DNA from: a virus
Taxonomy: Duplodnaviria > Caudoviricetes
Virus record (IMG/VR): IMGVR_UViG_3300042914_004341
Coordinates: 1-61,793 of that record
Strand: one strand, 5' to 3'
DNA: 61,793 nucleotides
In this document: one piece after another, positions 1 to 9,169 of the stretch
Numbering within the stretch: position 1 is the first letter of the stretch
How the letters are laid out: each line of letters opens with the position of its first letter
Notes under the pieces: generated by a model
Database searches by the model: none
What the model saw: only the letters and a program-made list of their open reading frames with translations
What the model was told of the DNA's origin: nothing
Program-made: the position numbers and the translations under genes

Positions 1-66
1 CGGGTTGCGCCCTTGTAAGGTGTGGGGTAGGGGTGTGCCCGGAAGGCGTGCCCAGGAGGCGCGAAA

Positions 67-570
67 ATGACGCAAAAGGATGCCGGTTTGACAGGGAAAT
101 ACATGGGCGGGGTTCTGGTGCTGGGCCGTGCTGTGCAGCAGGGCGGGACCAACGAACACAGGGCCGCATGGGCGTGCCGCTGCGAGTGCGGCAAAGAGAT
201 GGTGAGAGACACCAAACAACTGAAAAAGGCCGAAAAGGCTGGGAAAAGGCTGTTTTGTGGGCAGCATTGTGAGTCCTACAAGCTGTTCCGGAAGGCGATT
301 CTGGAGCATGCGAAGCTGGAGCCCGTGATGCGCAAGGAGTATGGCGAGGAAATTGGGGTACTTCAGACGCATGCCTGTTACTGGTGCGGGAAGGTGCCGC
401 ACTTCAGGCATCCGCACAAAATCCGCAGGATACACAGCAACGGGCCCTGGAAGATGTCCAATCTTTGCGCGACCTGTAACACCTGCGACCGGATGCGCGG
501 GGCCATGCCGCGGAAGGACTTTCTGATGCATCTGCGACTGATTGCGGAGAGGCATCTGGCGGAGGACTGA
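67..570 (+). CDS. HNH-like zinc-binding endonuclease homologue (possibly catalytically degenerate)
   Basis: RBS AGGAGG upstream; N-terminal WACRCECG motif and C-terminal CYWCG...IRRIHSNGPW..SNLCATCNTCDRMRG resemble the phage HNH pattern DRID...GY...N...C..CN..K. Confidence 0.6.
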   Translation: MTQKDAGLTGKYMGGVLVLGRAVQQGGTNEHRAAWACRCECGKEMVRDTKQLKKAEKAGKRLFCGQHCESYKLFRKAILEHAKLEPVMRKEYGEEIGVLQTHACYWCGKVPHFRHPHKIRRIHSNGPWKMSNLCATCNTCDRMRGAMPRKDFLMHLRLIAERHLAED

Positions 571-598
571 GGAGGCGTAAGCCTATGATTGGCTTAAC

Positions 599-655
599 TT
601 GGTAAGGATATACCTACTCCTCCCTGCGGTCGTCGTGTTCCTCCGGAACCTCCTC
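599..655. repeat. Long dispersed repeat copy 1 (palindrome plus hairpin module)
   Basis: TTGGTAAGGATATACCTACTCCTCCCTGCGGTCGTCGTGTTCCTCCGGAACCTCCTC; 55/57 identical to 21236-21292; inverted copy at 57179-57231. Confidence 0.95.
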
Positions 656-1113
656 CACAGCGGGAGCCGCAGGAGGCGAGCCCGGGACGCAGCCCCGCCG
701 TCGGGGCCGACCTCTGCCCGCCCTACAACCAGCCCCACACCCACACCTGCACACCCACAGCCCCCGACCCCCGCCGGCCCGTATGGCCCTGCCCGGATGG
801 CGCACGCCTGGGGCCGGCTTGGCCGGGCTGAATGTGGGCCTCGCGCTCCTTCCCCACGCCCGTCCCCTCCGGGTCCTGGGGCGCGGTCAGTCGCGCTGTG
901 GGTTCCCGTCCGCTGGGCACTCCGAAGGAGGGCCGCAGTCGCGCTGTGCCTGTGTACTGCGAGGCCCCTGCAGCACCGGCCAAAATAGTGCTTGACTTCA
1001 TGGCTGGTCTGTGCCAGCTTGGGCGCACCGCATGCACCCGCGGCCAGCCGGCCAAGGGCCCGCCAACCGGCCTGTCCCAACTCTGCTACTGTCAATCCTG
1101 CCCAATGCAAAAC

Positions 1114-1142
1114 GGGCCCCTGCAACGGGGGCCCACTTTTTT
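1114..1142 (+). terminator. Intrinsic terminator
   Basis: GGGCCCC-loop-GGGGCCC stem followed by ACTTTTTT. Confidence 0.6.
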
Positions 1143-1831
1143 GTCCTTGACTTGTGCGTAGGGCCGTGAGATATTGGAGTCTATCGCTGGGGACATTTGT
1201 GTGTCCGCGCAAGCGCCTTAACCCCGATGGCTGATTAGCAACCAGCCCGCCCGCCGGGGCGCCTGCAAGGATGCGGGGCCCGGCAACCCTCGCTCCGCTT
1301 CGGGCGGGGGAGGTCCCACCGACCCTTTCTTAGAGGCTGAGGGGTAGCGGAGGCCAATGTGCAGGTTCTGGCATGCGTGCGCAGAAGTCCGGCAGTAACC
1401 GTTGAGGCCCCCTCCCGGCGGCCCAACGGGACGCTTGAAGCTACCATAAGGCCGAGCGCACAGCCGCAAGCGATGCCCACTACCGTAGTGGTCACACGGA
1501 AGGAGTGTCTCGCTCCGCAGTTGGGCCGAACCCTTGCCGCTCGTCGTGGTAGATATCGACGAAGAGACGTTGCGCCGAGGACGTAAACCCAGGCACCACT
1601 AGCTGCCCGCCGCGTTTCTGTATAAGAACCCCGGCGGGCTCTTCTTATATCCCTGTCTGGAATATAAAGCAGAAATAAGCTGTTATATGCGCGTGGGGGA
1701 TATTGGGGCGTCGCCGCGGCTTGTCCTATGTGCCAAAACAAAAGGAACCAGCAGCACATGGCCGCTGGCTCCCCCCTGAAGGTGGAAAGTGTTCTTTTTA
1801 CTGGACCCAGTTGCATTTAGGCCCAAACTGT

Positions 1832-1860
1832 TTGACAGCCAAACACGTTCCGAGTACTGT
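1832..1860 (+). promoter_or_regulatory. sigma70-type promoter
   Basis: TTGACA-17 nt-TACTGT upstream of the RBS and ATG at 1906. Confidence 0.6.
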
Positions 1861-1905
1861 TGTAACACGCACCGTTGCATGGTGTCAACTATGAAGGAGC
1901 TTCAA

Positions 1906-2991
1906 ATGGCTGGATTCCTTGAAATCAAAACCCCCGATGGCAACGCCCTCAAGTTCAAAGGTTTCGCAGACTGCGGCGGCGAACTGCAATGGTTCCGCAC
2001 ACGCCTGACGCCCGGCCTCCTCGGCGCCCGCAGCAAAGAGCGGTGCCCCATCGTCGGCACCCTGACCGCCGGCCCCCAACGCCTCATCATCCTGGACCTC
2101 GACCCCAAGTGCGCCGCCGAGGCGGCCTGGGCCGAAGACCTTTGCCTGGCCCTGGCCGAGCGTCACGAGAACTGCCTGGCCTTCCAAAGCGTGTCTGGCA
2201 ACTGGAAGGCCGGGTTCTTGGTGACCACGGACTTCGTGCCGACAAGTGACGCGTGCGAAGCCTACCTTATGAGCATGCTGCCGGAGTCAGCCTGGGAACG
2301 CTTTGACCGCGCGGGCATGACTAGATTGTACCTGAACCAGAGGCTGGCGGACTTCCTCGCGAAGGCCCTCCCCGCGATGCCCGCGCCTTCTCTGCCCGAG
2401 CGCGTGAAGGTGGGGAGTAGGTATATCCTTACCAAACCAACGCAATCATGCACTTACCACATAGCGCAGGACCAATACTTGCCTACAGACGCCCTGCCCG
2501 CCGCTTTTCAGGACGGCCAGCGCAAGGCTCTTTTGAAGGTGCTTACAGCGGCCTGGGGCCTTGCCCAAGATGCGGGCTGGAACTTGCCCATCGAGCAGCT
2601 GGCCTTGAATATTGGCTCATCCCCTAGCCAAGTGTCTCGCATCCTTAAGGAACTCGTTCAAGAGGGCCTCATTGTCTGCATTGACCCCAGCTACCAAAAG
2701 GGCGTCAAAGCCAAAACCTACAAGGCTCGCGGGGCCCTTTTTCTGGCCATCCAACGCCACAAAGCTGACTACCTTCTTTCCGGTAAACCCACGAAATCTG
2801 TAAAGGAACTTCCGAACGCCATCCAGGATGGCCAGTTCCACCAGCTTTGCCTCCAGACCCTCAACCGTTTCCACTCCCAAGAGGCGTTCGCTGTCTATCT
2901 CCAGGGCCTACAGGGCCTGACTCCCAAGCGGCTCAAGGAAGGCATGCGGTACGCAAAATGCCATTTCCACAAACAGGGGCTCGCTGCATGA
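1906..2991 (+). CDS. AEP-family primase-polymerase-like domain fused to a winged-helix domain (putative replication protein)
   Basis: RBS AAGGAG at 1894; LIILDLD (DxD) and QSVSGNWK motifs resemble the BT4734/VirE_N-type AEP domain; IEQLALNIGSSPSQVSRILKELVQEGLI...KAKTY is a wHTH pattern. Confidence 0.6.
   Translation: MAGFLEIKTPDGNALKFKGFADCGGELQWFRTRLTPGLLGARSKERCPIVGTLTAGPQRLIILDLDPKCAAEAAWAEDLCLALAERHENCLAFQSVSGNWKAGFLVTTDFVPTSDACEAYLMSMLPESAWERFDRAGMTRLYLNQRLADFLAKALPAMPAPSLPERVKVGSRYILTKPTQSCTYHIAQDQYLPTDALPAAFQDGQRKALLKVLTAAWGLAQDAGWNLPIEQLALNIGSSPSQVSRILKELVQEGLIVCIDPSYQKGVKAKTYKARGALFLAIQRHKADYLLSGKPTKSVKELPNAIQDGQFHQLCLQTLNRFHSQEAFAVYLQGLQGLTPKRLKEGMRYAKCHFHKQGLAA
2414..2435 (+). repeat. 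Palindromic motif copy inside the prim-pol gene (interdomain linker)
   Basis: GGAGTAGGTATATCCTTACCAA, identical to 6739-6760 and to the reverse complement of 599-620. Confidence 0.9.
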
Positions 2992-3734
2992 ACGCGAAGG
3001 TATGCAGCAAGTGCGGGGTCGAGAAGGACAGGTCGGGGTTCAGTGCGGACAAGGGCAAGCCTGATGGGCTGTATGCACACTGTAAGACCTGCGCAAAGGG
3101 GGCGCACAAGGCTTACCGCGAAGCCAATCACGCCCAGGTGCTTGCGCAAGAGAAGGCCCGCTACGAGGCGAATCGTGCTAAGATGCTTGAGCGACACAAG
3201 GCTTACCGCGAGGCCAATCGGGGCAGGGTGCTTGCTCGCACGAAGGCACGCTACGAGGCCAATCAGGACAAGGAGCGTGCGCGAATGAAGGCACGCTACG
3301 AGGCCAATCGGGATAAGATACTTGCGCAAAAGAAGGCTTACCACGCAGAGTACTGCGCCAAGCACGGTGTAGCCCCCTCAACGGCCCTCCGCCGGCGTGC
3401 CCCCCAAGCCCGTCTCGCAGACATCCTGCGGAGCCGTTTGCGTGACGCCCTTAAGGGCAAATTCAAAACGGGCTCCGCCGTCCAGGACCTCGGTATGCCT
3501 ATTGATGACTTTCTCATGTATCTGAACCTGGGTGCACTAGACAAATACGGCATTCCGTACACCGGTAATGAATCGAAGTTCCACATCGACCACATCCGCC
3601 CCCTGTCTTCGTTTGATTTGGAAGACCCGGAGCAGTTGAGAATTGCGGTAAGATGGGATAACCTTCAAGTGCTCCGCGCTGAAGAAAATTTGAGAAAGGG
3701 AGCCAAGTGTCCAAGCCAATTGACCCAGAGTTGA
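2988..3734 (+). CDS. Free-standing HNH homing-type endonuclease 1
   Basis: N-terminal CSKC...CKTC zinc finger, helical repeats, C-terminal FHIDHIRPLSSF...NLQVL..EENL.K HNH motif; ATG overlaps upstream stop (ATGA). Confidence 0.85.
   Translation: MNAKVCSKCGVEKDRSGFSADKGKPDGLYAHCKTCAKGAHKAYREANHAQVLAQEKARYEANRAKMLERHKAYREANRGRVLARTKARYEANQDKERARMKARYEANRDKILAQKKAYHAEYCAKHGVAPSTALRRRAPQARLADILRSRLRDALKGKFKTGSAVQDLGMPIDDFLMYLNLGALDKYGIPYTGNESKFHIDHIRPLSSFDLEDPEQLRIAVRWDNLQVLRAEENLRKGAKCPSQLTQS
3108..3332 (+). repeat. Five tandem 45-bp (15-aa) repeats within HNH1
   Basis: KAYREANHAQVLAQE/KARYEANRAKMLERH/KAYREANRGRVLART/KARYEANQDKERARM/KARYEANRDKILAQK. Confidence 0.9.
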
Positions 3735-4273
3735 TAGACAGTAGGATGTTCAGAACCAAACACGTCGGACAACCTCCCAGCACGGTCGAGTACCGTCCGA
3801 CCGAAAGGCAGCGCAAGGCAAAGGCTCGCCTTCTCACTGCCTTACAAGAAGGCCGTGTCGCAGCAGGCTCTTTGTCACTACTCGATGTCAAGCAATTGGC
3901 CCAGTTGGCAAAGGCCCCTGATGTGTCCGGAGCCTGGGCAAAAGAACCCGGATTCCTTGCATGGCTAACTGATGATGCTGAAACACCTTCTAAAATCAAC
4001 TACTTGCGTTCCCTTGCACTGGATGCAGCCGAGAGTATCCTCAGCGATGTCGATGTGAAATCGGCTGGGGCTCGTGTGACTTTAATTAAGCTCCTTCTGG
4101 ACCAGCCCGAAATGCGCAAGGAAAAGGAACAGTTGACTATGGAAGGCTTGAAAGCTCTGGTACTTGAGCACAAACACGTGCTGCTGCCCCTACTTCAGTC
4201 TGATATCTCCTCGCCTCCTTCCTCCCAGTCTGCTACACTCCCCCAAGCCAAGGAGGGAGGCCGAAATGAGTGA
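3707..4273 (+). CDS. Hypothetical protein, candidate terminase small subunit
   Basis: 188-aa helical ORF upstream of TerL; assignment by position and size only; start uncertain. Confidence 0.4.
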   Translation: MSKPIDPELIDSRMFRTKHVGQPPSTVEYRPTERQRKAKARLLTALQEGRVAAGSLSLLDVKQLAQLAKAPDVSGAWAKEPGFLAWLTDDAETPSKINYLRSLALDAAESILSDVDVKSAGARVTLIKLLLDQPEMRKEKEQLTMEGLKALVLEHKHVLLPLLQSDISSPPSSQSATLPQAKEGGRNE

Positions 4274-4574
4274 GCCACGTATCCTGCCGCTAGCAGGCGG
4301 CAAACGTCCTGGACAGAAAGCCCTGAAAAAGTTTGCACTTGTCTTCCAGGACAAGAAGACGGTCTTCCATTTGGAGGCCGAAGACTACTTCCTCGCCACA
4401 ATCTCCAGCGAGGAGGCGGAGGAGCCCCTTGCCTACCACTTCAAGGTGGGCGGCAAAACCGTGCTGGAAATGCAGGCCAATGAAATCCTCCACGTCGTGG
4501 ACACGGACGCCGTGGACCTGCAGGCGCTCCTACACGCCATCAAACCCAAGCCCCAACGCAAGAAAAAGGAGTAA
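4266..4574 (+). CDS. Hypothetical protein
   Basis: RBS GGAGG, ATG overlapping the end of the upstream gene, GC3-biased codons. Confidence 0.6.
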   Translation: MSEPRILPLAGGKRPGQKALKKFALVFQDKKTVFHLEAEDYFLATISSEEAEEPLAYHFKVGGKTVLEMQANEILHVVDTDAVDLQALLHAIKPKPQRKKKE

Positions 4575-4579
4575 CTTCT

Positions 4580-5209
4580 GTGGCAAGTTCAAATTTTGTA
4601 TACAAAGCATACGTGGGCCGGGAAATCCCCCAGTCCCAAACTGACGTGGTCTGCCACAACCAGCCTGCCCTCCCGGTCAACGCCGATGGGTCCCGCTGGC
4701 GCTTTTCTGTCATCCTCGGGCGCGTTGCGGGCACGCCAGGCTTCCAGGTGCAGCACGGCACGCTGCCCGGCATTTTCGCCGACACCAAGGCCATGACGGA
4801 CGCGGTGGCCTCCGCAGGCTCCACCTGCACTTTCACCGCGGGCTCCAATGTGGTCAGCTGTACGTCGCACGGCTTCTCCGAGGGCCAGCACATTGCGTTC
4901 GCCACCTCGGGCGTGCTGCCTCCAGAGTACCTGCCCTCTCACCTCTACAGGGTGGCCCGTGTCATAGACTCCGACTCTTTCATTGCAGAGGTTGTGCAGC
5001 AGGCGGGATATTCTAATAACGTTGCCTCTGCCGTCGGGTCAGGTACGCATAAGGCCGTGGCCGCGCAGGAAGTCAGCATTACGTTCAACCCTGAGGTAGT
5101 GGCCGATGTTGCATACCTCCCGCTGAAGCAAGCCCTCCGCGTGGTCTGCACCACGGACGTGTCCGAGACGGCGCAGATTCTCGCCATCCACGTCATGAAT
5201 GGCATTTGA
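4580..5209 (+). CDS. Putative virion-associated beta-rich protein
   Basis: RBS AAGGAG; HGFSEGQHIAF...GVLP...YRV..IDSDSF pattern seen in FCCH-like domains of phage structural proteins. Confidence 0.5.
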   Translation: MASSNFVYKAYVGREIPQSQTDVVCHNQPALPVNADGSRWRFSVILGRVAGTPGFQVQHGTLPGIFADTKAMTDAVASAGSTCTFTAGSNVVSCTSHGFSEGQHIAFATSGVLPPEYLPSHLYRVARVIDSDSFIAEVVQQAGYSNNVASAVGSGTHKAVAAQEVSITFNPEVVADVAYLPLKQALRVVCTTDVSETAQILAIHVMNGI

Positions 5210-5233
5210 TTTCAGATGCTGCCGTGTTAGACT
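5206..5233 (+). promoter_or_regulatory. sigma70-type promoter for TerL
   Basis: TTGATT-16 nt-TAGACT with extended -10 TG. Confidence 0.4.
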
Positions 5234-5266
5234 GCCCCTGTTGTAACCCAACGGGGGCTTTGTTTT

Positions 5267-6733
5267 ATGTCCAATCTCCAAGACGCCATTCTCCAACTAG
5301 CGCACAAAGAGAAGCTCCAACGCCATGACGGCCTGAAAGCGGGCTCCAGGGCCACTCCGGCCCAGCAGGAGTTCATCAATGCCGCCTTGAATAGGGAGGC
5401 CCTGGTCCTGGACTGTCGGTCGGGAAACCGGGCCGGCAAATCCCTCACGCTGATGAAAATCTTTGCAGTCATGTTCCGCGAAGACCCCGCTGACGACTGG
5501 AAACGGCCGAAGCACTGGGTGGGGCCGCTGCAGCTGCTACTCCTGTCGCGTCAGCTCAAACAGGCTGAGGAATCCCTACTGCCAAAACTCCTGGCCCACC
5601 TGGAGCCGGATACCTACAGAGTAGTGCGCTCCGGGAATGCCCTGAACAAAATCGTGAACCTCAAGAATGGCAATACCATCCTGGTTTTCTCCCATCACGC
5701 CGTGGAACAGGCCCGAGCGGCGGTCCAGAGCTTCGATGCCCACTTCGGTGCAATAGATGAACTGCCTTCGGACCCCAAGCTCATCGAGGAACTCATGCAG
5801 CGCGTGTTCGTCCAGAAAGGATGCATCGCACTGACCTACACGCCCAAGGTTCCAGCGCCGCGGGTGAAAGAGTTCGTAGACAACATTCCGGCAGACCGCG
5901 TGAAACGGCTTCGGCTGTCCGTTCTTGATAACCCAGCAATTGATGAAGAGACCCGCGAGACCATACTCTCCACAGCACGCGCCCAGGGCGAAGCACACTT
6001 GGCCACGGTGTTATATGGCGAGTGGGCCCGTGGCGAAAATTCCGTTTTCGTATACGACCCCGACCGCCACAAAGCCTCACTTCCGGAGCACTACAACCCA
6101 CAGGCGTGGCGCCATGTCCTCAGCGCGGACCCCGCGTCATCATCAGAAACCGGCCTTGTGGTAGCCGCGGAGGACCCCCTGAGCCCAGGGCAGTGGTACC
6201 TAGTCTATGCCTCCTATGTCCAGCAAGGTCTGGAGGGCCAGGAGCTGGTGCGGGAGATAGAACGGCGGGTGGCCAGTATGCGCATAGTCCGGCGCATCTA
6301 CGACAGCGCCGCGTCGTGGTTTGAGCTTTCGGCCCGCGCAGTGGGCCTGACCTACATGCCCATCATGCACAAATCCAACCGCAAGCTGGAACTCATTGCC
6401 AATCTGAACTCCGCCCTGGGGCGCGTGGAGAAGGCTGGCCAGCGCCGCGTGCTGCTGACCCCCGCGTGTGCGGACCTTGAGGAGGAGCTTTTCAGCGCAA
6501 GCTGGAGTGCGGTCTCCGCCGAGAAGATTGCCCACGCCCACGAGTATCACACAGCGGATGCCGCGCAGTACCTTGTGGACCTCCTGCCACCCCCAGAGGC
6601 CAACTCTGGCCGGCCCGTGGCCAGTACGCCGCACGCCCGCATGATGGAGAACGCCAGAGTCCAGGCCGGGGTTGTGGAGAAGCCCAGACAGAAGATGTCC
6701 GTTGTCTGCAGGGCCAGGGCCTGGCTGCGGTGA
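5267..6733 (+). CDS. terL: Terminase large subunit
   Basis: Walker A RSGNRAGKS, Walker B GAIDE, TYTP coupling motif, RNase H-like SADP...YDSA...DAAQY acidic residues; upstream of portal. Confidence 0.92.
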   Translation: MSNLQDAILQLAHKEKLQRHDGLKAGSRATPAQQEFINAALNREALVLDCRSGNRAGKSLTLMKIFAVMFREDPADDWKRPKHWVGPLQLLLLSRQLKQAEESLLPKLLAHLEPDTYRVVRSGNALNKIVNLKNGNTILVFSHHAVEQARAAVQSFDAHFGAIDELPSDPKLIEELMQRVFVQKGCIALTYTPKVPAPRVKEFVDNIPADRVKRLRLSVLDNPAIDEETRETILSTARAQGEAHLATVLYGEWARGENSVFVYDPDRHKASLPEHYNPQAWRHVLSADPASSSETGLVVAAEDPLSPGQWYLVYASYVQQGLEGQELVREIERRVASMRIVRRIYDSAASWFELSARAVGLTYMPIMHKSNRKLELIANLNSALGRVEKAGQRRVLLTPACADLEEELFSASWSAVSAEKIAHAHEYHTADAAQYLVDLLPPPEANSGRPVASTPHARMMENARVQAGVVEKPRQKMSVVCRARAWLR

Positions 6734-6738
6734 TGGGT

Positions 6739-6760
6739 GGAGTAGGTATATCCTTACCAA
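6739..6760 (+). repeat. Palindromic motif copy between terL and the next gene
   Basis: GGAGTAGGTATATCCTTACCAA. Confidence 0.9.
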
Positions 6761-6786
6761 TGCTTTAACAACAAGGAGTTAGACCA

Positions 6787-7035
6787 ATGCTGCTTGCCAC
6801 CCTCCTCCCCGCCTGGCCCCCCGTCCAGCTCCACCTGGCCTCGCGCCTTTTTATGGCCTATCTTATCCCTGTCTGGTACTATGTGGCCCAGGCCCAACGG
6901 TGGCTCAAGAAACGGAGATGGCTCAATGGACTACGGAAACTCCAAACCCAAAATGCTCAAAATCAAGTTCGGCCCGGCCAAAGGAGCATCACAGGACTCC
7001 GGATGCGCCAAGTGCAAAGACGCTGGCTCCGCTGA
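6787..7035 (+). CDS. Small hydrophobic/basic hypothetical protein
   Basis: Strong RBS AAGGAG; hydrophobic N-half, Arg-rich C-half; overlaps the alternative ORF 6926-7105. Confidence 0.4.
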   Translation: MLLATLLPAWPPVQLHLASRLFMAYLIPVWYYVAQAQRWLKKRRWLNGLRKLQTQNAQNQVRPGQRSITGLRMRQVQRRWLR

Positions 7036-7105
7036 GTGCAAGTGTGCAAAGGAACCCGAGGGCAAACGCAAACGCTTCAGCATCGCCAAGGGGGCCTCTA
7101 AGTGA
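6926..7105 (+). CDS. Small Cys/Lys-rich hypothetical protein
   Basis: GGAG upstream; CAKC...CKC motif; stop overlaps the portal start. Confidence 0.45.
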   Translation: MDYGNSKPKMLKIKFGPAKGASQDSGCAKCKDAGSAECKCAKEPEGKRKRFSIAKGASK

Positions 7106-9090
7106 AACTCAGCATCTGGGACGCCGAGCAGGCGCCCAAAGAACTGGCCCGCCGGCTTGAGGCGGCCAAGAAAGCGCGTGCCCCGCTGGAGTACCACTGG
7201 AGCCAGACCGAACGTGTGTGCTACCAGACCTCCAGCAATGGGGGCTTCTTCACCGACGAGTCAAGCTGGGGCCTCCTGGGCAACAACGGCACGGACGAGG
7301 GCGGCGTAAACCCAACCCTGTCCGTGTCCTATTGCATGAAGAATATCAGGTTCTTACACAGCCAGATGTCCGCCAACCCACCCTCGGCCCTCGCACGCCC
7401 AAACTCTTCGGACCAGAAGGACAAGCGTGCAGCGGACGCGGCCAACCGCATTCTGGATTTCGGCAAGCGTAAGTACAAGTTCCAGAACCGTCAGGACATC
7501 GTGAACCTACACACCCTGGTCTATGGCACTGGCATCGGGAAAACGGAGTTTGACCCCGACGCAGGGCTGCCCATTGCATTCAATCCCGAAGACGACACCG
7601 TGGAGTTCGAAGGCGACTTTGCCTATACGCAGCCCCATCCGCGCAACATGTACCTGGACCCTGACGCCACGGACACTGATAGCATCCGCTGGGTATTCGA
7701 GCGCGTCTACATGCCCTACGAGGAGGCGCTGCGCCGCTTCCCCGAGTCGCACGATAAAATCAAGTCCCTGATGGAGCAGGCCGAAAACCAGCGTTTCTAC
7801 CATGGCGATGCCTCGGAGTCCTACTTCCAGTTTCAGCGTTTCCAGCGCCTGCCCATTTTCCAGTACTGGGAAAATGGCACGCCCGAGAATGGGCTGCAGG
7901 GACGGTTCGCATGGTGTCTCGAAGACGGTACAGTCCTGACGCGCAGCGAGGATGGCCGTGCCGTTCCTGTGGCCTCTCCCTATGCCTTCCCCGTGTACGC
8001 CGATGTCAGCGAGGAAAAGATTGGCACGTATGCCAGACTGCCCTACCACTTCCTGACAGACATCGACATCCCCGGCACCGCCTGGGGAATGCCAGTTGTG
8101 GCCTATGCGGTCCAGCTCCAGGACCTTCTGAATCACCTGGACATCGCCGCCGCGGACATCATCCAGGCCCACGGGGTTGCCCGCGTGCTCGTACCCGACT
8201 CTGCTGAACTGGCACAGGACGCAATCAACAACAACTCCTGGGACGTGGTGGTTTACGCAGGACAGCAGCCGCCCAAGTTCATGGAGCCCCTGCCATTCCC
8301 CCAAGCACTACCGGTGCTGCGCCAGCAGGTCAAGCAGGCTATTGATGACATCTTCGGCGTCACAGAACTGGCCATGGGACAACAGGCACGCGAGACGTCC
8401 GGCAACTCCATGCAGTTCGCCGTGGAGCAGTCCAACGTTGTCCGCCGCCGCCTGTTCAACAAACTGACCATGTATGTCGAGTCAGTCTACCAGGATTATC
8501 TCAGCCTGTGCGCCACAAACTGGACCACGCCCCGCACCATTAAAACCATCGGGCGCGAGCAGGCCATGGAAACCCTGGACATCAAGGGTTCTGACATACG
8601 CGCCGGCTACGACCTGCATGTGGAGTTCGGGACGCAGTTCAGCCTGGACCCAATCCAGCGTCGCATGGAAATTATGCAGCTTGCGCCTTTCTTCAAAGAA
8701 GCCGGCATCCCGATGCGCCAGATTCTCAGCATGATGAAGCTGTCGGACTTGTCGAGCCTGTATGACGCGGCCCAGCTCGCAGAGAGTAGACAGCGTGAGT
8801 ACTTCGACGAAATCATCAACACAGGGAAGCAGGTGCCCCCGGGGGCGAAAGAAGACCATGTTAACATGCTAAATTATGCCCTCCACTGGCGCATGACTTC
8901 AGAATTCTTCGACTTGCCCACGGACCTCCAGCAACTGTGTCTTGAGCACATCACGTTGCGCGAGGAACTCATGGCCACGGAAACCAAGCCCGCAGCCCCC
9001 GCAGGCCAGCCACCCGCGGCGGGGACCCCCCAGTCGGGCGTGGCGCCCGCAGAAAACCCACTGGCAGCTCTGGCTGGTCTACCTATGTAA
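7102..9090 (+). CDS. Portal protein (podovirus type)
   Basis: 662 aa between TerL and scaffold/capsid; VYGTGIGK, YLDPDA, LQDLLN, IFGVTE..MG...ETSG segments typical of P22-like portals. Confidence 0.88.
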   Translation: MKLSIWDAEQAPKELARRLEAAKKARAPLEYHWSQTERVCYQTSSNGGFFTDESSWGLLGNNGTDEGGVNPTLSVSYCMKNIRFLHSQMSANPPSALARPNSSDQKDKRAADAANRILDFGKRKYKFQNRQDIVNLHTLVYGTGIGKTEFDPDAGLPIAFNPEDDTVEFEGDFAYTQPHPRNMYLDPDATDTDSIRWVFERVYMPYEEALRRFPESHDKIKSLMEQAENQRFYHGDASESYFQFQRFQRLPIFQYWENGTPENGLQGRFAWCLEDGTVLTRSEDGRAVPVASPYAFPVYADVSEEKIGTYARLPYHFLTDIDIPGTAWGMPVVAYAVQLQDLLNHLDIAAADIIQAHGVARVLVPDSAELAQDAINNNSWDVVVYAGQQPPKFMEPLPFPQALPVLRQQVKQAIDDIFGVTELAMGQQARETSGNSMQFAVEQSNVVRRRLFNKLTMYVESVYQDYLSLCATNWTTPRTIKTIGREQAMETLDIKGSDIRAGYDLHVEFGTQFSLDPIQRRMEIMQLAPFFKEAGIPMRQILSMMKLSDLSSLYDAAQLAESRQREYFDEIINTGKQVPPGAKEDHVNMLNYALHWRMTSEFFDLPTDLQQLCLEHITLREELMATETKPAAPAGQPPAAGTPQSGVAPAENPLAALAGLPM

Positions 9091-9094
9091 CGGC

Positions 9095-9123
9095 TTGACT
9101 TCCCATCCCAACAACCCTAAACT
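9095..9123 (+). promoter_or_regulatory. sigma70-type promoter
   Basis: TTGACT-17 nt-TAAACT just after the portal stop. Confidence 0.65.
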
Positions 9124-9169
9124 ACACGGGCTGGCAGTTCCGCCGGCCCGTTTGTCATAGGTGTTGTTC

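Noticed and set aside
23-40. GGGGTAGGGGTGTGCC as a ninth palindrome copy
   Set aside because: Right arm CCTTACC is missing; explained by local G-richness
3969-3985. Hammerhead-like CTGATGA...GAAAC
   Set aside because: Only 4 nt between core elements (no stem II), and it lies within a coding region
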